A DNA stretch of 64,000 nucleotides from Capsulimonadales bacterium (GTDB taxonomy: Bacteria; Armatimonadota; Armatimonadia; Armatimonadales; Armatimonadaceae): positions 1 to 64,000 of the forward strand of contig JANRLW010000069.1 in assembly GCA_033762295.1 (NCBI GenBank). Reading direction: 5' to 3'. The notes under the pieces are model-generated. The model ran no database searches, was not told the origin of the DNA, and saw only the letters and a list, made by a program, of their open reading frames with translations. A program made the position numbers and the translations under genes. Shown here in pieces: positions 1 through 9,403 of this stretch. Numbering within the stretch: the stretch's first letter is position 1; each line of letters opens with the position of its first letter.

Positions 1-234
1 GGTGAAACCCGGACGGCGACCGTTCGTTCCGGTTCAAGTTACCTGTCAGCAAGCGACCGGCGCGTTTTTTTCGGCCTGGGAACGGCGAAACGGATCGATT
101 CCGTCGAGATCCGCTGGCCGGCGGGAACCCGTGACCGGCTGACGAACCTGGAGCCGGACCGTATCTATACGGTCACCGAAGGAAAAGGCGTCACCGGAAC
201 CGGACCGTCCGCCTCCCCCTCCACAGGTTCATAG
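1..234 (+). CDS. 3' end of a CRTAC1/ASPIC-UnbV domain protein (5'-partial)
   Basis: Frame 1 translated by hand: GETRTATVRSGSSYLSASDRRVFFGLGTAKRIDSVEIRWPAG...IYTVTEG, the ASPIC/UnbV signature (GSSYLS..D.R..FGLG....V.IRWP.G); TAG at 232-234. Confidence 0.85.
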   Translation, partial: GETRTATVRSGSSYLSASDRRVFFGLGTAKRIDSVEIRWPAGTRDRLTNLEPDRIYTVTEGKGVTGTGPSASPSTGS

Positions 235-1037
235 CTGGCAACCGCCATGCCGAAGTAGGTGGGGCATTCGTAGGAGAGCAGTTCGCCCCGCATGGGCGTG
301 TGGCCGAGGGCGCCCATCAGCATCAGTGTCTGCCAGTAGGAATCGACTTTGGCGGATTCCGTCAGTTCATCGGGCCAGGTCAGCAGGTCCGGAAGTCGAT
401 CCTGAACGATTGCCGCGCAGAAGGCGCGATCATGCTCCGCCGCCGTCTCGTCGAATCCGTATGGCCCTGACGCGTCATGGGCGTGTCCCAGGTCGCAGGA
501 GGCGATGAACGCGACCCGTTTGCCCGAGGCGGTCGATGCGCGGGCGATGGCGACACCGCAGCGGACCAGAGCTTCACGAGACAGCGATCGATCGGGACCG
601 AGAATGACGACACGGGGACGCGGGCGCATCGGGTGGGCGGTGAACCAGAGCGGCACCAGCGCGCCCCAGTCCAGCGGAAGAATCGCCTCCTGTCGCTTGC
701 TCTCGCCGACCAGTCGCAGGAAGGGCAGGCTTTGAAAGGCCATCTCCTCCTCGAGGAGCCGGGTCCATTCGAGATCGACGTCAAATGCCGCCTTGACGTA
801 CTTCGCGTTCGGATCGCCGAGGATGCCCGCCGCATGCCGGGTCGCGCTGATCGTGACCGCTCCTTCGACAATGATTCCGTGCGGGGTCGCCACCACGACC
901 GTATCCGGTCTCGCCGCCAGAAACCGTCGTCCCAGTTCCTTCATTGCCGTCCGGGTCTGTTCCATCACCGTGGGGTCGTCCGCAATCTGGGGAATGATAT
1001 CCCCGCCGTGGGGGGCAATGGCACAGAAAACCAGCAT
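165..1037 (-). CDS. LigB/MEMO1-like extradiol dioxygenase subunit B-like protein
   Basis: Motifs APHG, TPHG, LDWG, SCDLGH, PTYFGM; start moved to MLVFCAIAPHG (ATG 1037), 8 nt after TATACT. Confidence 0.8.
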   Translation of the reverse strand: MLVFCAIAPHGGDIIPQIADDPTVMEQTRTAMKELGRRFLAARPDTVVVATPHGIIVEGAVTISATRHAAGILGDPNAKYVKAAFDVDLEWTRLLEEEMAFQSLPFLRLVGESKRQEAILPLDWGALVPLWFTAHPMRPRPRVVILGPDRSLSREALVRCGVAIARASTASGKRVAFIASCDLGHAHDASGPYGFDETAAEHDRAFCAAIVQDRLPDLLTWPDELTESAKVDSYWQTLMLMGALGHTPMRGELLSYECPTYFGMAVASYEPVEGEADGPVPVTPFPSVTV

Positions 1038-1179
1038 ATACCGCCAGTATACCTGACCGTTAAACGAAGTCGTGTCGTGGATCGATAGGGATTTACGGTC
1101 CCGGGAAGAAGGCACGGTTGCCACGGTCCGCCCGGTCATGCTACGATGACGGGAAACACCCCAAGGATAACAGGGACGG

Positions 1180-2460
1180 ATGCTAGATATTCATTTGATC
1201 CGCGCCGAGACCGACGCCGTCAAGGCCGCCCTCGCCCGGCGCGGAGAAAAACCGGAAAAGATTGACGACCTGCTGGCGATCGACGCCGAACGGCGACGGT
1301 TTCAGCGGGAGATGGAACAGACCAGAGCCGAGCAGAACCGAATCGGCCCGCAGATCGCGCAGGCGAGGAGAGCCGGACAGGACGCCGCGCCGCTTCTGGC
1401 TCGCTCCACCGAACTCAAGGCGGCCTTCGCCGGGCTGGAAGAAACGGTGCGCGAACTCGATGCCCGACAGGAGGCGCTGCTGGCCCGCCTTCCCAACCTG
1501 CCGCACGAATCGGTTCAGGCGGGTGGGGAAAACGATGCCGTCGAGATCGCGCCCGCCAGCCGTCCGCTGCCCGTCTTCGATTTCGTCCCGAAACCGCACT
1601 GGGATATCGCCGCCGACCTGCGCCTGATGGATTTCGACCGTGGAGCCAAATTTGCCGGAGCCGGGTTCATCCTTTATACCGGGTGGGGGGCGCGATTGGA
1701 ACGCGCTCTGATCTCCTTCATGCTCGACTTCCATGTGCTGCGCCATGGTTACACGGAACTGGGACTCCCGTTCGTTCTCAGTCGGGAGAGCGTGACCGCG
1801 TCCGGGCATATCGTCAAGTTCGGTTCCGAAATGTACCACGACGCCGAGTCGGATGTCTTCTTCGTCCCGACTGCGGAACCGGCCCTGGTGAATGTCCATC
1901 GCGGCGAACTGATGGAACCGGGGACCTTGCCTTTGAAGTACGTCGCCTACACCCCCTGCTGGCGGCGGGAGGCAGGTGCGGCGGGCAAGGAGACCCGCGG
2001 ACTGCAACGCGTCCACCAGTTCGACAAGGTGGAGATTTTCCGGTACGTCCTCCCGGAAACCGGTGAGGAAGCGCTCGAGGAGATGACCCGGGAAGCGTGC
2101 GCGATTCTCGACGCACTGGAACTGCCCTACCGGCTTCTGCGTCTCGCGGCCGGGGACATCGCCTTTGCCGCCTCCAAGACCTATGACGTGGAGGTCTGGT
2201 CCCCCGGCCTCGACCGGTGGCTGGAGGTCTCCTCGGCGTCGAACTGCACGGATTTCCAGGCGCGTCGGGCCGATATCCGTTTCCGCCGCGAACCGGGCGC
2301 GAAACCGGAGTTCCCGCACCTGCTGAACGCCTCCGGCACCGCCCTGCCGCGCGTCGTCGCCGCCCTGCTGGAAACGCACCAGAACGCCGACGGCAGCGTG
2401 ACGATCCCGCCCGCGCTGTCTCCTTACCTGAGTGGACTGAGCCGGCTGGAACGTCCGTAG
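1180..2460 (+). CDS. serS: serine--tRNA ligase
   Basis: MLD start, coiled-coil arm, LPNLPH, PTAE, WRREAG, RVHQFDKVE, EVSSASNCTDFQARR, LNASG. Confidence 0.98.
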   Translation: MLDIHLIRAETDAVKAALARRGEKPEKIDDLLAIDAERRRFQREMEQTRAEQNRIGPQIAQARRAGQDAAPLLARSTELKAAFAGLEETVRELDARQEALLARLPNLPHESVQAGGENDAVEIAPASRPLPVFDFVPKPHWDIAADLRLMDFDRGAKFAGAGFILYTGWGARLERALISFMLDFHVLRHGYTELGLPFVLSRESVTASGHIVKFGSEMYHDAESDVFFVPTAEPALVNVHRGELMEPGTLPLKYVAYTPCWRREAGAAGKETRGLQRVHQFDKVEIFRYVLPETGEEALEEMTREACAILDALELPYRLLRLAAGDIAFAASKTYDVEVWSPGLDRWLEVSSASNCTDFQARRADIRFRREPGAKPEFPHLLNASGTALPRVVAALLETHQNADGSVTIPPALSPYLSGLSRLERP

Positions 2461-2485
2461 AGGTTTCCGAACGACCCGAGGAAGG

Positions 2486-2516
2486 AAACGCCCGGCGATA
2501 TCGCCGGGCGTTTTTT
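2486..2516. terminator. probable bidirectional intrinsic terminator between serS and icd
   Basis: Perfect palindrome AAACGCCCGGCGAT|ATCGCCGGGCGTTT followed by a T run, between convergent genes. Confidence 0.8.
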
Positions 2517-2531
2517 GACAGGTGGTCCGCG

Positions 2532-3995
2532 TTATTGGCCCTGGCCCAGAGCGTATCCCGGAACTCCGTCGAAGTTGCAGAGCGATTCGTGCTTGATGAA
2601 ATCGAGGCCGACGCCGTGTACCTTGGACAGGATACCGACGATATCTCCATGGCGAATGGTGCCGTCGGGGGTCTTCGCCTTGAACCGGCAGCGCCAGTGG
2701 TCGGTGCAAAACGTTTCCGGCAACCCGTCCGGCCAGACTTTCACGCCACGATTGGTGATCATTTCCAGTTTCACGGCGTCGCTATGGATACGGTTCAGAA
2801 GCGCTGCCAGTTCGCTCGGCGGGCCGCCGCGCCAGTGGACGAAAACATCGACGCCGACCAGTTCCTTTCGGGCGAGGGGACGTGTTTCGACCGAAATCCG
2901 GGGCGGAGCGACGGCCTCCGACGGGTAGGAAACCGGCGTCAGCTGTACGGGCTGCTTGCCAAGACGCCGGATTACTTCATCCGCGAACTCCCGCGTGCCG
3001 ACTTTCCGGGCGCTCATCCGCGTAGCGTCGTAAATGTCGGCGGTGTGGATCCCGTCCTCGATCGTCGTCAGCCACGCATTATGGATTCGTTCCGCGATAT
3101 CGCCCTGGCCGATATGGACCAGCATCATGACGGCTGCCAGCAGCAGACCGGACGGGTTGGCGATATCCTGGCCCGCTATATCCGGCGCGGACCCGTGGAT
3201 CGCCTCGAACATCGCGTCTCCCTCGCCGATATTCGCCGACGGGGCCAGACCGACCGACCCGGCCACCTGCGCCGCGATATCGCTGATAATGTCGCCGTAG
3301 AGGTTTCCGGTGACGATGACGTCGAACCGTTCCGGCGTGTCCGCCAGTTGCGCCGCCCCGATATCGATGATCCGATGCTCCTGCTCGATCTCCGGATACT
3401 CTCGACCCACCTCTTCGAACACCTGATGGAAGAGACCGTCGGTAAGTTTCATGATGTTATCCTTACTCATACAGGTCAGCTTCCGCCGGCGGTGGGTGCG
3501 GACGTACTCGAAGGCGTACCGGACGATCTTTTCGCAGCCGGGACGGGTGATCAGCTTCAGGCACTGCATCACCTCGTCGGTCTGACGATGTTCGATGCCC
3601 GCATACAGGTCCTCTTCGTTTTCGCGGAGGATGACCACATCCATTTCCGGATGGCGGGTTCGTACGAACGGGGCGTAAGCGACACAGGGGCGGATATTGG
3701 CGAACAGACCCAGCGTCTTCCGGATGGTGACGTTCAGGGATTTGTACCCGCTACCCTGCGGCGTCGTGATCGGGCCTTTCAACAGGACGTGCGTCCGACG
3801 CAGCGATTCCCAGACCTCCGGGGTCATACCCGACGTGTGACCCCGCTCGTAGACCGACTTCCCGACTTGGACGGTTTCGATCGCGAGTCGTGCATCGGCC
3901 GCCGTCAGAACGGACAGGGTGGCGTCCATGATCTCCGGGCCGATCCCGTCCCCTTTCGCGACCGTCACCGGGACGCTCCGACTTATTTCACGCAT
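2532..3995 (-). CDS. icd: NADP-dependent isocitrate dehydrogenase (type with C-terminal extension)
   Basis: GDGIGPEI, KGPITTP, SLNVTIRK, RENEEDLY, NLYGDIISD, EAIHGSAPDIAG, C-terminal MITNRGVKVWP/CTDHWRCRF; ATG 3995 with GAGGAG RBS. Confidence 0.95.
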   Translation of the reverse strand: MREISRSVPVTVAKGDGIGPEIMDATLSVLTAADARLAIETVQVGKSVYERGHTSGMTPEVWESLRRTHVLLKGPITTPQGSGYKSLNVTIRKTLGLFANIRPCVAYAPFVRTRHPEMDVVILRENEEDLYAGIEHRQTDEVMQCLKLITRPGCEKIVRYAFEYVRTHRRRKLTCMSKDNIMKLTDGLFHQVFEEVGREYPEIEQEHRIIDIGAAQLADTPERFDVIVTGNLYGDIISDIAAQVAGSVGLAPSANIGEGDAMFEAIHGSAPDIAGQDIANPSGLLLAAVMMLVHIGQGDIAERIHNAWLTTIEDGIHTADIYDATRMSARKVGTREFADEVIRRLGKQPVQLTPVSYPSEAVAPPRISVETRPLARKELVGVDVFVHWRGGPPSELAALLNRIHSDAVKLEMITNRGVKVWPDGLPETFCTDHWRCRFKAKTPDGTIRHGDIVGILSKVHGVGLDFIKHESLCNFDGVPGYALGQGQ

Positions 3996-4110
3996 AGGAA
4001 TGGTTTGCTCCTCTGTAGAAATTATTCTGCTAGCAGTCGGGCTATTGTACCGGATTCGGGCCCGACCGCAAGAGGAGCCACCCGACCGCAAGTGGGGAGA
4101 TCGTGCGGAC

Positions 4111-5712
4111 TCAGCGTTCCTGAAACGGCCGTGTCGGGTCCGGGGTCGGGGAGGTCGCCGGTCGATCGGTTCGTCGGAGCAGGCGGGGCGGGTCCGGTTT
4201 GGGTTCGGGCTTACGGATACCGCTGACCGTCAGGTACCAGAGGATCAGGCTTTCTCCGAACAGCATCACGAGAATCGCGCCGGCCGCCATGAAGGGGACG
4301 AACGGGACTCCGTAGCGGAGACTGCGGTTATGGATTCTCGTAAAGATCACGCCGACGACCGCGCCGATCAGCGTGGCGAAAAAGAGGGAGAAAAGCGACA
4401 TCCAGGGACCGAGAATCGCGCCGATGGCCGCCGCGAGTTTGACGTCGCCGAGACCCATTCCTCCATACCGACCGGATTCGGCGTCCCGGGCGAAATCGTC
4501 CGCCTCCTGCTGCATCGTCCGCGAAAGGTCCGATTCGGGGGTCACCAGTTCGGGTTCGGTCGGCAGCGGGTTGCCGCTCGCCGCCAGCGCTTCCAGGTCG
4601 GCGGCGGTCGAGATCACGGGTAGATCGACGGTCGGGGTCGGTTCGGCCTCCCGGACGGTCGGATGTTCCGGCGGCCCTTCCAGGTCGTTGGAGGAGAAGA
4701 ATCGACGCCAGACATGCCCTATCGATTCGCCGGACTGACGTGAGATCGCCAGGAAGCCCAGAAACGGAAGCAGGAAACCGATCGCTGCGCCCAAACCGAG
4801 GCTCGGAATCAGGAATCCGGTGCAGAGGATGGCGAGGAAGCCGGGCGAGAAACGGAGGCGCGGCGGGGGGCCGAGCCTGGTCATCTCCTCCTCTTCCTTT
4901 ACGGCTTCGGCGATCATCTGCTTTTCACGGTCGGTCATCTTTTCCTCGGGGAGGTCCTCCATTCGGAAAAATCGGCCGGTCACCTCCCCCAGGCTTTCCT
5001 TCTCTCCCTTGGCGTAATACACGAAACCGACGAACGCCACCAGATAAAGCAGGGCGGAGTAGACCACGGCTCCGATCAGGGCGCGCGGAAGCCAGCCGAA
5101 GTAGGCAAACCGGGCGATGTATTCCTCTCCGATCAGGGGCGCGTTCATCTGTCGTGCGATCAGATAGGCGATACCCAGGCAACTGAGGTCGCGGAGCAGG
5201 CCGACAAAGAAACCGACCAGATTGAGTTCGTCCGGGGCGATGAAATGGTCGAGGTCGATAAAGACCAGCGCGACCAGAATCGCGGCGAAGAGGGCCTGAA
5301 ATACGAGGTCGATCCAGGGGATAAGCGCGCCGGGACCCATCTGGGTCATTCCGACCTCCGGAGAGATCCGTTTATACAGGGCGGCCCAGAGGCAGGCGGT
5401 GGTCAACTCCACCATGAAGTACCGCCAGGAGATCGGCGACCGGCACTGGAAACAGCGTCCACGGAGCACCAGAAAGCCGATCAGCGGGACATTCTGCCAC
5501 CACCGGAGATAGTAGCCGCAGTGCGGACAGTATGACTTCCCGTTGATTTTTTGCAGCCAGTTTTCGCCCGGTTTCAGCAGCGGGAGTCGAAAGATGATGA
5601 CATTGAGAAAGGAACCGACCACCGCGCCATACACGAAGACGGCCAGAAAAAAGAACCAGTACAGGAATGCGGGCCAGAACGCCAGGGCAAAGTCACTGTC
5701 TTCAGAAAACAT
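4111..5712 (-). CDS. pilD: prepilin peptidase A24A with large internal insertion
   Basis: GSFLNVII.RLP, CPHC/CFQC zinc site, FIDLD and GMGLGDVKL catalytic Asp motifs, PFVPF. Confidence 0.92.
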   Translation of the reverse strand: MFSEDSDFALAFWPAFLYWFFFLAVFVYGAVVGSFLNVIIFRLPLLKPGENWLQKINGKSYCPHCGYYLRWWQNVPLIGFLVLRGRCFQCRSPISWRYFMVELTTACLWAALYKRISPEVGMTQMGPGALIPWIDLVFQALFAAILVALVFIDLDHFIAPDELNLVGFFVGLLRDLSCLGIAYLIARQMNAPLIGEEYIARFAYFGWLPRALIGAVVYSALLYLVAFVGFVYYAKGEKESLGEVTGRFFRMEDLPEEKMTDREKQMIAEAVKEEEEMTRLGPPPRLRFSPGFLAILCTGFLIPSLGLGAAIGFLLPFLGFLAISRQSGESIGHVWRRFFSSNDLEGPPEHPTVREAEPTPTVDLPVISTAADLEALAASGNPLPTEPELVTPESDLSRTMQQEADDFARDAESGRYGGMGLGDVKLAAAIGAILGPWMSLFSLFFATLIGAVVGVIFTRIHNRSLRYGVPFVPFMAAGAILVMLFGESLILWYLTVSGIRKPEPKPDPPRLLRRTDRPATSPTPDPTRPFQER

Positions 5713-5791
5713 AGGGGGTTATTTCATCCGTTATCCGGGCGAGAGGTCGCGTTCATTGTATCGGTTGTTCGTGACCGGCGCGAGAGGCTTT

Positions 5792-5827
5792 CAAACGAAA
5801 CGGCGGGCATCCGGGACGCCCGCCGTT
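5792..5827 (-). terminator. intrinsic terminator after pilC
   Basis: Minus strand AACGGCGGGCGTCC-C-GGATGCCCGCCGTT followed by TCGTTTG. Confidence 0.65.
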
Positions 5828-5849
5828 GACGACGCATCGAGTGCGCGGA

Positions 5850-7127
5850 CTATTCGCCGCCCGCTCCACCACCGTCGGAGTCGCCGCCCGACAGACCCTG
5901 CACCAGGGCGACCAGCGGCATGAACATGGCGATCACGATGAAGCCGACCGTGAACCCGAGGAAGATGATGAGCATCGGTTCGATCGCCGCGGTAAGCGAT
6001 GCGATGGCGGCATCCACTTCCTGGTCGTAGAAGTCGGCGATCTTGGAGAGCATGGTATCGAGCGCACCGGACTCCTGACCGATGGCGATCATCTGGACGA
6101 CCATCGGCGGGAACATACGCGATTTACGCAGCGGTTCGGAGATGACGTCTCCTTCGCGGACACGGGCGCGCGCATCGAGAATCGCATCGGCGATGACTTC
6201 GTTGCCGACCGTACCGGCGACGGTTTCCAGCGCCTGAAGGATCGGTACGCCCGAGGCGAGCAGAGTGGACAGCGTTCGGGAGAAGCGGGCGAGAGCGACC
6301 TTATGTTGCAACTTCCCGAAGACGGGGACTTTCAGACGGAAGCGGTCCCAGGCCCGTCGCCCGAACTTGGTCCGGGTGAACATCTTGAAGGCGACCCAGA
6401 AGATAAAGACGCCGATCGCGACCATGTAGAACTTGGTCACCATGAAGTCGGAGAAGGCCATCAGCGCGCGGGTCATCTCCGGCAGGTCCCTGACGCCAAG
6501 GTCCTTGAACATCTTGGCGAACTCGGGAACGATGCGCATCGTCAGGAAGAGAACGATACCGACCGCCGTGATCGAAACGAGGGTCGGGTAGGTGAGCGCC
6601 GATTTTACCTTGCGGCGCAGTTCGACGTCCTTTTCAAGGAACGACGAGAGTCGCTGCAGGGACTCTTCGAGAACGCCTCCGACCTCTCCGGCGCGGATCA
6701 GACCGATAAAGAGGTTGGAGAAGGTCGTCGGGTACTTCGCCATCGCCTTGGAAAGAGAGTTTCCGGACTCGACCTCGTAGCGGAGGTCGGCGATGATGCG
6801 GCGCAGTTTCGGCGACTGCGACTGCTCGGTGAGAACGTCGAGGCAGCGCACGAGGGAGACGCCGGCGTCGATCATCGTCGAGAACTGGCGGCAGAACAGC
6901 GAAAGGTCGGTCAGTTTGACCTTCTGGAAGCGGTCAAGAAAATCGGGTTTGGAGTTGGGGCCGCCGACCGGTTTCGCGGCGGCTTTCGCTTTGGCGGGCT
7001 GGATCTTCGTCACCGTCATGCCCTGTTCGGACAGACGCTGTCGCGCGGTCGCCGGCGAATCGGCATCCAGCGTATTGCTGATGGTCTTGCCATCAGTCGT
7101 TTTTGCGGTAAAGGCAAAGGTGGGCAT
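5850..7127 (-). CDS. pilC: type IV pilus platform protein (T2SS F family)
   Basis: FCRQFSTMIDAGV, AGEVGGVLEESL, KVKSALTYP, GQESGALDTML, IEP..MFMP. Confidence 0.95.
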   Translation of the reverse strand: MPTFAFTAKTTDGKTISNTLDADSPATARQRLSEQGMTVTKIQPAKAKAAAKPVGGPNSKPDFLDRFQKVKLTDLSLFCRQFSTMIDAGVSLVRCLDVLTEQSQSPKLRRIIADLRYEVESGNSLSKAMAKYPTTFSNLFIGLIRAGEVGGVLEESLQRLSSFLEKDVELRRKVKSALTYPTLVSITAVGIVLFLTMRIVPEFAKMFKDLGVRDLPEMTRALMAFSDFMVTKFYMVAIGVFIFWVAFKMFTRTKFGRRAWDRFRLKVPVFGKLQHKVALARFSRTLSTLLASGVPILQALETVAGTVGNEVIADAILDARARVREGDVISEPLRKSRMFPPMVVQMIAIGQESGALDTMLSKIADFYDQEVDAAIASLTAAIEPMLIIFLGFTVGFIVIAMFMPLVALVQGLSGGDSDGGGAGGE

Positions 7128-7228
7128 TCCGTAGTGTCCTTACTTACCGGGCGGAATCTTCTAAAGTGAAAACGGATCCGCTGACCGATCGGTTACGGCG
7201 GAAACAGCGGAATTTTCCTTACCTGAAT

Positions 7229-7257
7229 ATTATAGGCATTTGCGTCGGGAACGTCAA
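7229..7257 (-). promoter_or_regulatory. sigma70-type promoter of pilC
   Basis: Minus strand TTGACG-N17-TATAAT, near consensus. Confidence 0.75.
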
Positions 7258-7530
7258 TCCTTCTCCGTGCCTGTTGCAACGCCTGCTCCGACACCTTCTC
7301 CGGTCGTTGACCCGGTCGGGATGCCTGTGCGACGAACGAGCGGAACGGTTTGTTCCCCGACGGAAAGGCGCTTTCTGAGGTGTGGCGCCCGAACTATGCC
7401 CGCCCCATCTACCAATCAGTTGATTAAATTTGCGGAACCGCCACCTTCCTGCTCTGTATTCCCTTGTAGAACAACCATCTCCCACTCAAACCGGGAATCG
7501 AGATGTCCTTCCCGAGGAGACGAACCGGCC

Positions 7531-9369
7531 ATGCCTGAAATGATGCGTCCTTTTGCCTTTATGTACCGACCCGTCCTGGTTTCTTCGATGACCCTTTCCG
7601 CGCTGGCGGGCGGTTCCGCCGCGTTCGCTCAGGAGAACGCCCCGCAGCCGCCGCCCCCGACCGCTCCGGCAGCGGTTCAGCCGCCGTCCACGCCGCTGAC
7701 GCAACCGACCGCGACGACACCGCCGACCCCGCTCCCGAAGGACACGCCGAAAACCGAACCGTACGGCGTCAAACCCGGGGACGTCAAACCGATTCCCCTC
7801 TTTCGCAGAACCCCGCCGGGTCAGTCACAGGCAGGTGATCCCACGGTTATTCGCACGACCGAGGATGCGGTCCGGATCGCTCTGGAACGAAATCCGGCCA
7901 TTCTGACGGCGGAGGAGCGGGCGGTGCGGACGCGGCATGTGGTCCGGCAGATCGTCGGCGGAAATGGCCCGCAGTTCTCCTTGGGAGGCTCCTACAGCCG
8001 TCTGTCCGGGGCCGGTGCGGCGTTCACCAACGCGGGAGGCGGTGTCAATCCCGCACAGATTCAAAATCCGTTCGGTGTCGGACTTCAGATCAATCCGCCG
8101 GGGAGTGCGCCGGTGGCATTGTCCGGTGGCGCGGCGACCGGGGCGAATCAATCCGGGCAGACAGGGCAAACCACCGCGACCGGCGCGGCGACCGCCGGTG
8201 CGGCGGGGGCGGCCGGGCAGACCCGTGCGACGTCGACCGAACGCGATTCCCGCCAGACCGATGGCGGGAATAACGGAGGCAATAACGGAGGGAATAACGG
8301 AGGCAATAACGGCGGTAACAATGGGGGCGGCGGTGGCGGATTTTTCGGAGGTGGGCTGGACCTCAATCAGCGTTCGGTTCGCGCCAATATTACCCAGTTT
8401 ATCGATATCACCGGCATCTACCGTGTCGCGGTTCAGGTCGGCCGACTCGAGGAGGCGTTGACCCGGCTGGAGATCGCGCGTCAGCGTCAGGATGTCGCAT
8501 TCACCGTGCGGACGGCCTACTTCAATCTGTTGCGGTCCGAGGCGTTCGTTCAGGTGAACGAGGCGGCGGTCGCGCAAAGCGAGGAACTCCTCCGGGTGAC
8601 CCAGGCGCAGCAACGCGCCGGCGTCGCGTCCGAGTTCGATGTGCTTCGGGCGCGAACCCAGCTCGAGAACAATCGTCAGGCGTTGATCTCGGCCCGAAAC
8701 CAGGTCTCCATCTCCCGGAACGCCCTGGCGAACACGATCGGAATCGACCCGTCGACGCCGGTCACGCCGCAAGCGCCCGAGGTTCCTCCGGTTCCCGAAC
8801 TGGACGAACAGAATCTGGTCAATACGGCCATCCGGCAACGCCCGGAGTATGCGCAGGCGGATATCAACCTGCTGAAGGCGGACAAAAATATCCGTCTCGC
8901 CCGGCGCAGCCTGGAACCGTTTCTCAATGCCATTGCCGGAGGGCAGTATAACCCTGAGCCGGCGCTGGGAAACGAAAAGTCCACCGGGTCGATCGGATTG
9001 GTGCTGAACATCCCTGTCTGGGATAGCGGTCAGACACGGGAAGCGGTGGAAGCCGCCCGCTCGGATCAGCGCGCCGCCCTCGTTACCAAGGATCAATACG
9101 TCCGCGGGATCAAGGCGGAGGTACAGCAGGCGATCGTCGCCATTCGGGATGCCAGTGAGCGGGCGGAGGCGACCCGGTTGACCGTGACCCAGGCACGCGA
9201 GGCGCTTCGCCTGGCCAATGTCCGGTATCGCGCCGGTGTCGATACGCAGCTGGCGGTCAATGATGCGCAAACCGCGCTGACGCAGGCCGAGACCAATGCC
9301 GTCAATGCCCAGTTTGATTACCTGGCCGCGCTGGCGCGCCTTTCACGCGCGGTCGGAAACCCCGAATAA
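7531..9369 (+). CDS. TolC family outer membrane efflux protein
   Basis: Signal peptide (..SAAFA-QE), two OEP repeats (VRTAYFNLL..RAGVASEFDVLRA; RYRAGVDTQLAVNDAQ..LSRAVG); ATG 7531 with GAGGAG RBS. Confidence 0.9.
   Translation: MPEMMRPFAFMYRPVLVSSMTLSALAGGSAAFAQENAPQPPPPTAPAAVQPPSTPLTQPTATTPPTPLPKDTPKTEPYGVKPGDVKPIPLFRRTPPGQSQAGDPTVIRTTEDAVRIALERNPAILTAEERAVRTRHVVRQIVGGNGPQFSLGGSYSRLSGAGAAFTNAGGGVNPAQIQNPFGVGLQINPPGSAPVALSGGAATGANQSGQTGQTTATGAATAGAAGAAGQTRATSTERDSRQTDGGNNGGNNGGNNGGNNGGNNGGGGGGFFGGGLDLNQRSVRANITQFIDITGIYRVAVQVGRLEEALTRLEIARQRQDVAFTVRTAYFNLLRSEAFVQVNEAAVAQSEELLRVTQAQQRAGVASEFDVLRARTQLENNRQALISARNQVSISRNALANTIGIDPSTPVTPQAPEVPPVPELDEQNLVNTAIRQRPEYAQADINLLKADKNIRLARRSLEPFLNAIAGGQYNPEPALGNEKSTGSIGLVLNIPVWDSGQTREAVEAARSDQRAALVTKDQYVRGIKAEVQQAIVAIRDASERAEATRLTVTQAREALRLANVRYRAGVDTQLAVNDAQTALTQAETNAVNAQFDYLAALARLSRAVGNPE
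8263..8340 (+). repeat. coding 12-nt tandem repeat, (GGNN)x5 plus Gly6
   Basis: GGNGGNAAYAAY units inside the TolC ORF. Confidence 0.9.
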
Positions 9370-9403
9370 CCGGCCCGGAGACGAATCGAAGGAAAAGGAA
9401 AGA

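Noticed and set aside
7414..7425. AATCA-GT-TGATT as a repressor operator of the efflux operon
   Set aside because: Only 5-bp arms and no adjacent regulator; too weak to call
7240..7530. N-terminal ORF extensions in the supplied track (also for icd, the hybrid kinase, Gfo/Idh/MocA, gmk, rseP, and the 31785-33434 and 56511-58001 ORFs)
   Set aside because: Downstream starts have an RBS or -10 and match family N-termini; the extensions overlap promoters or other genes
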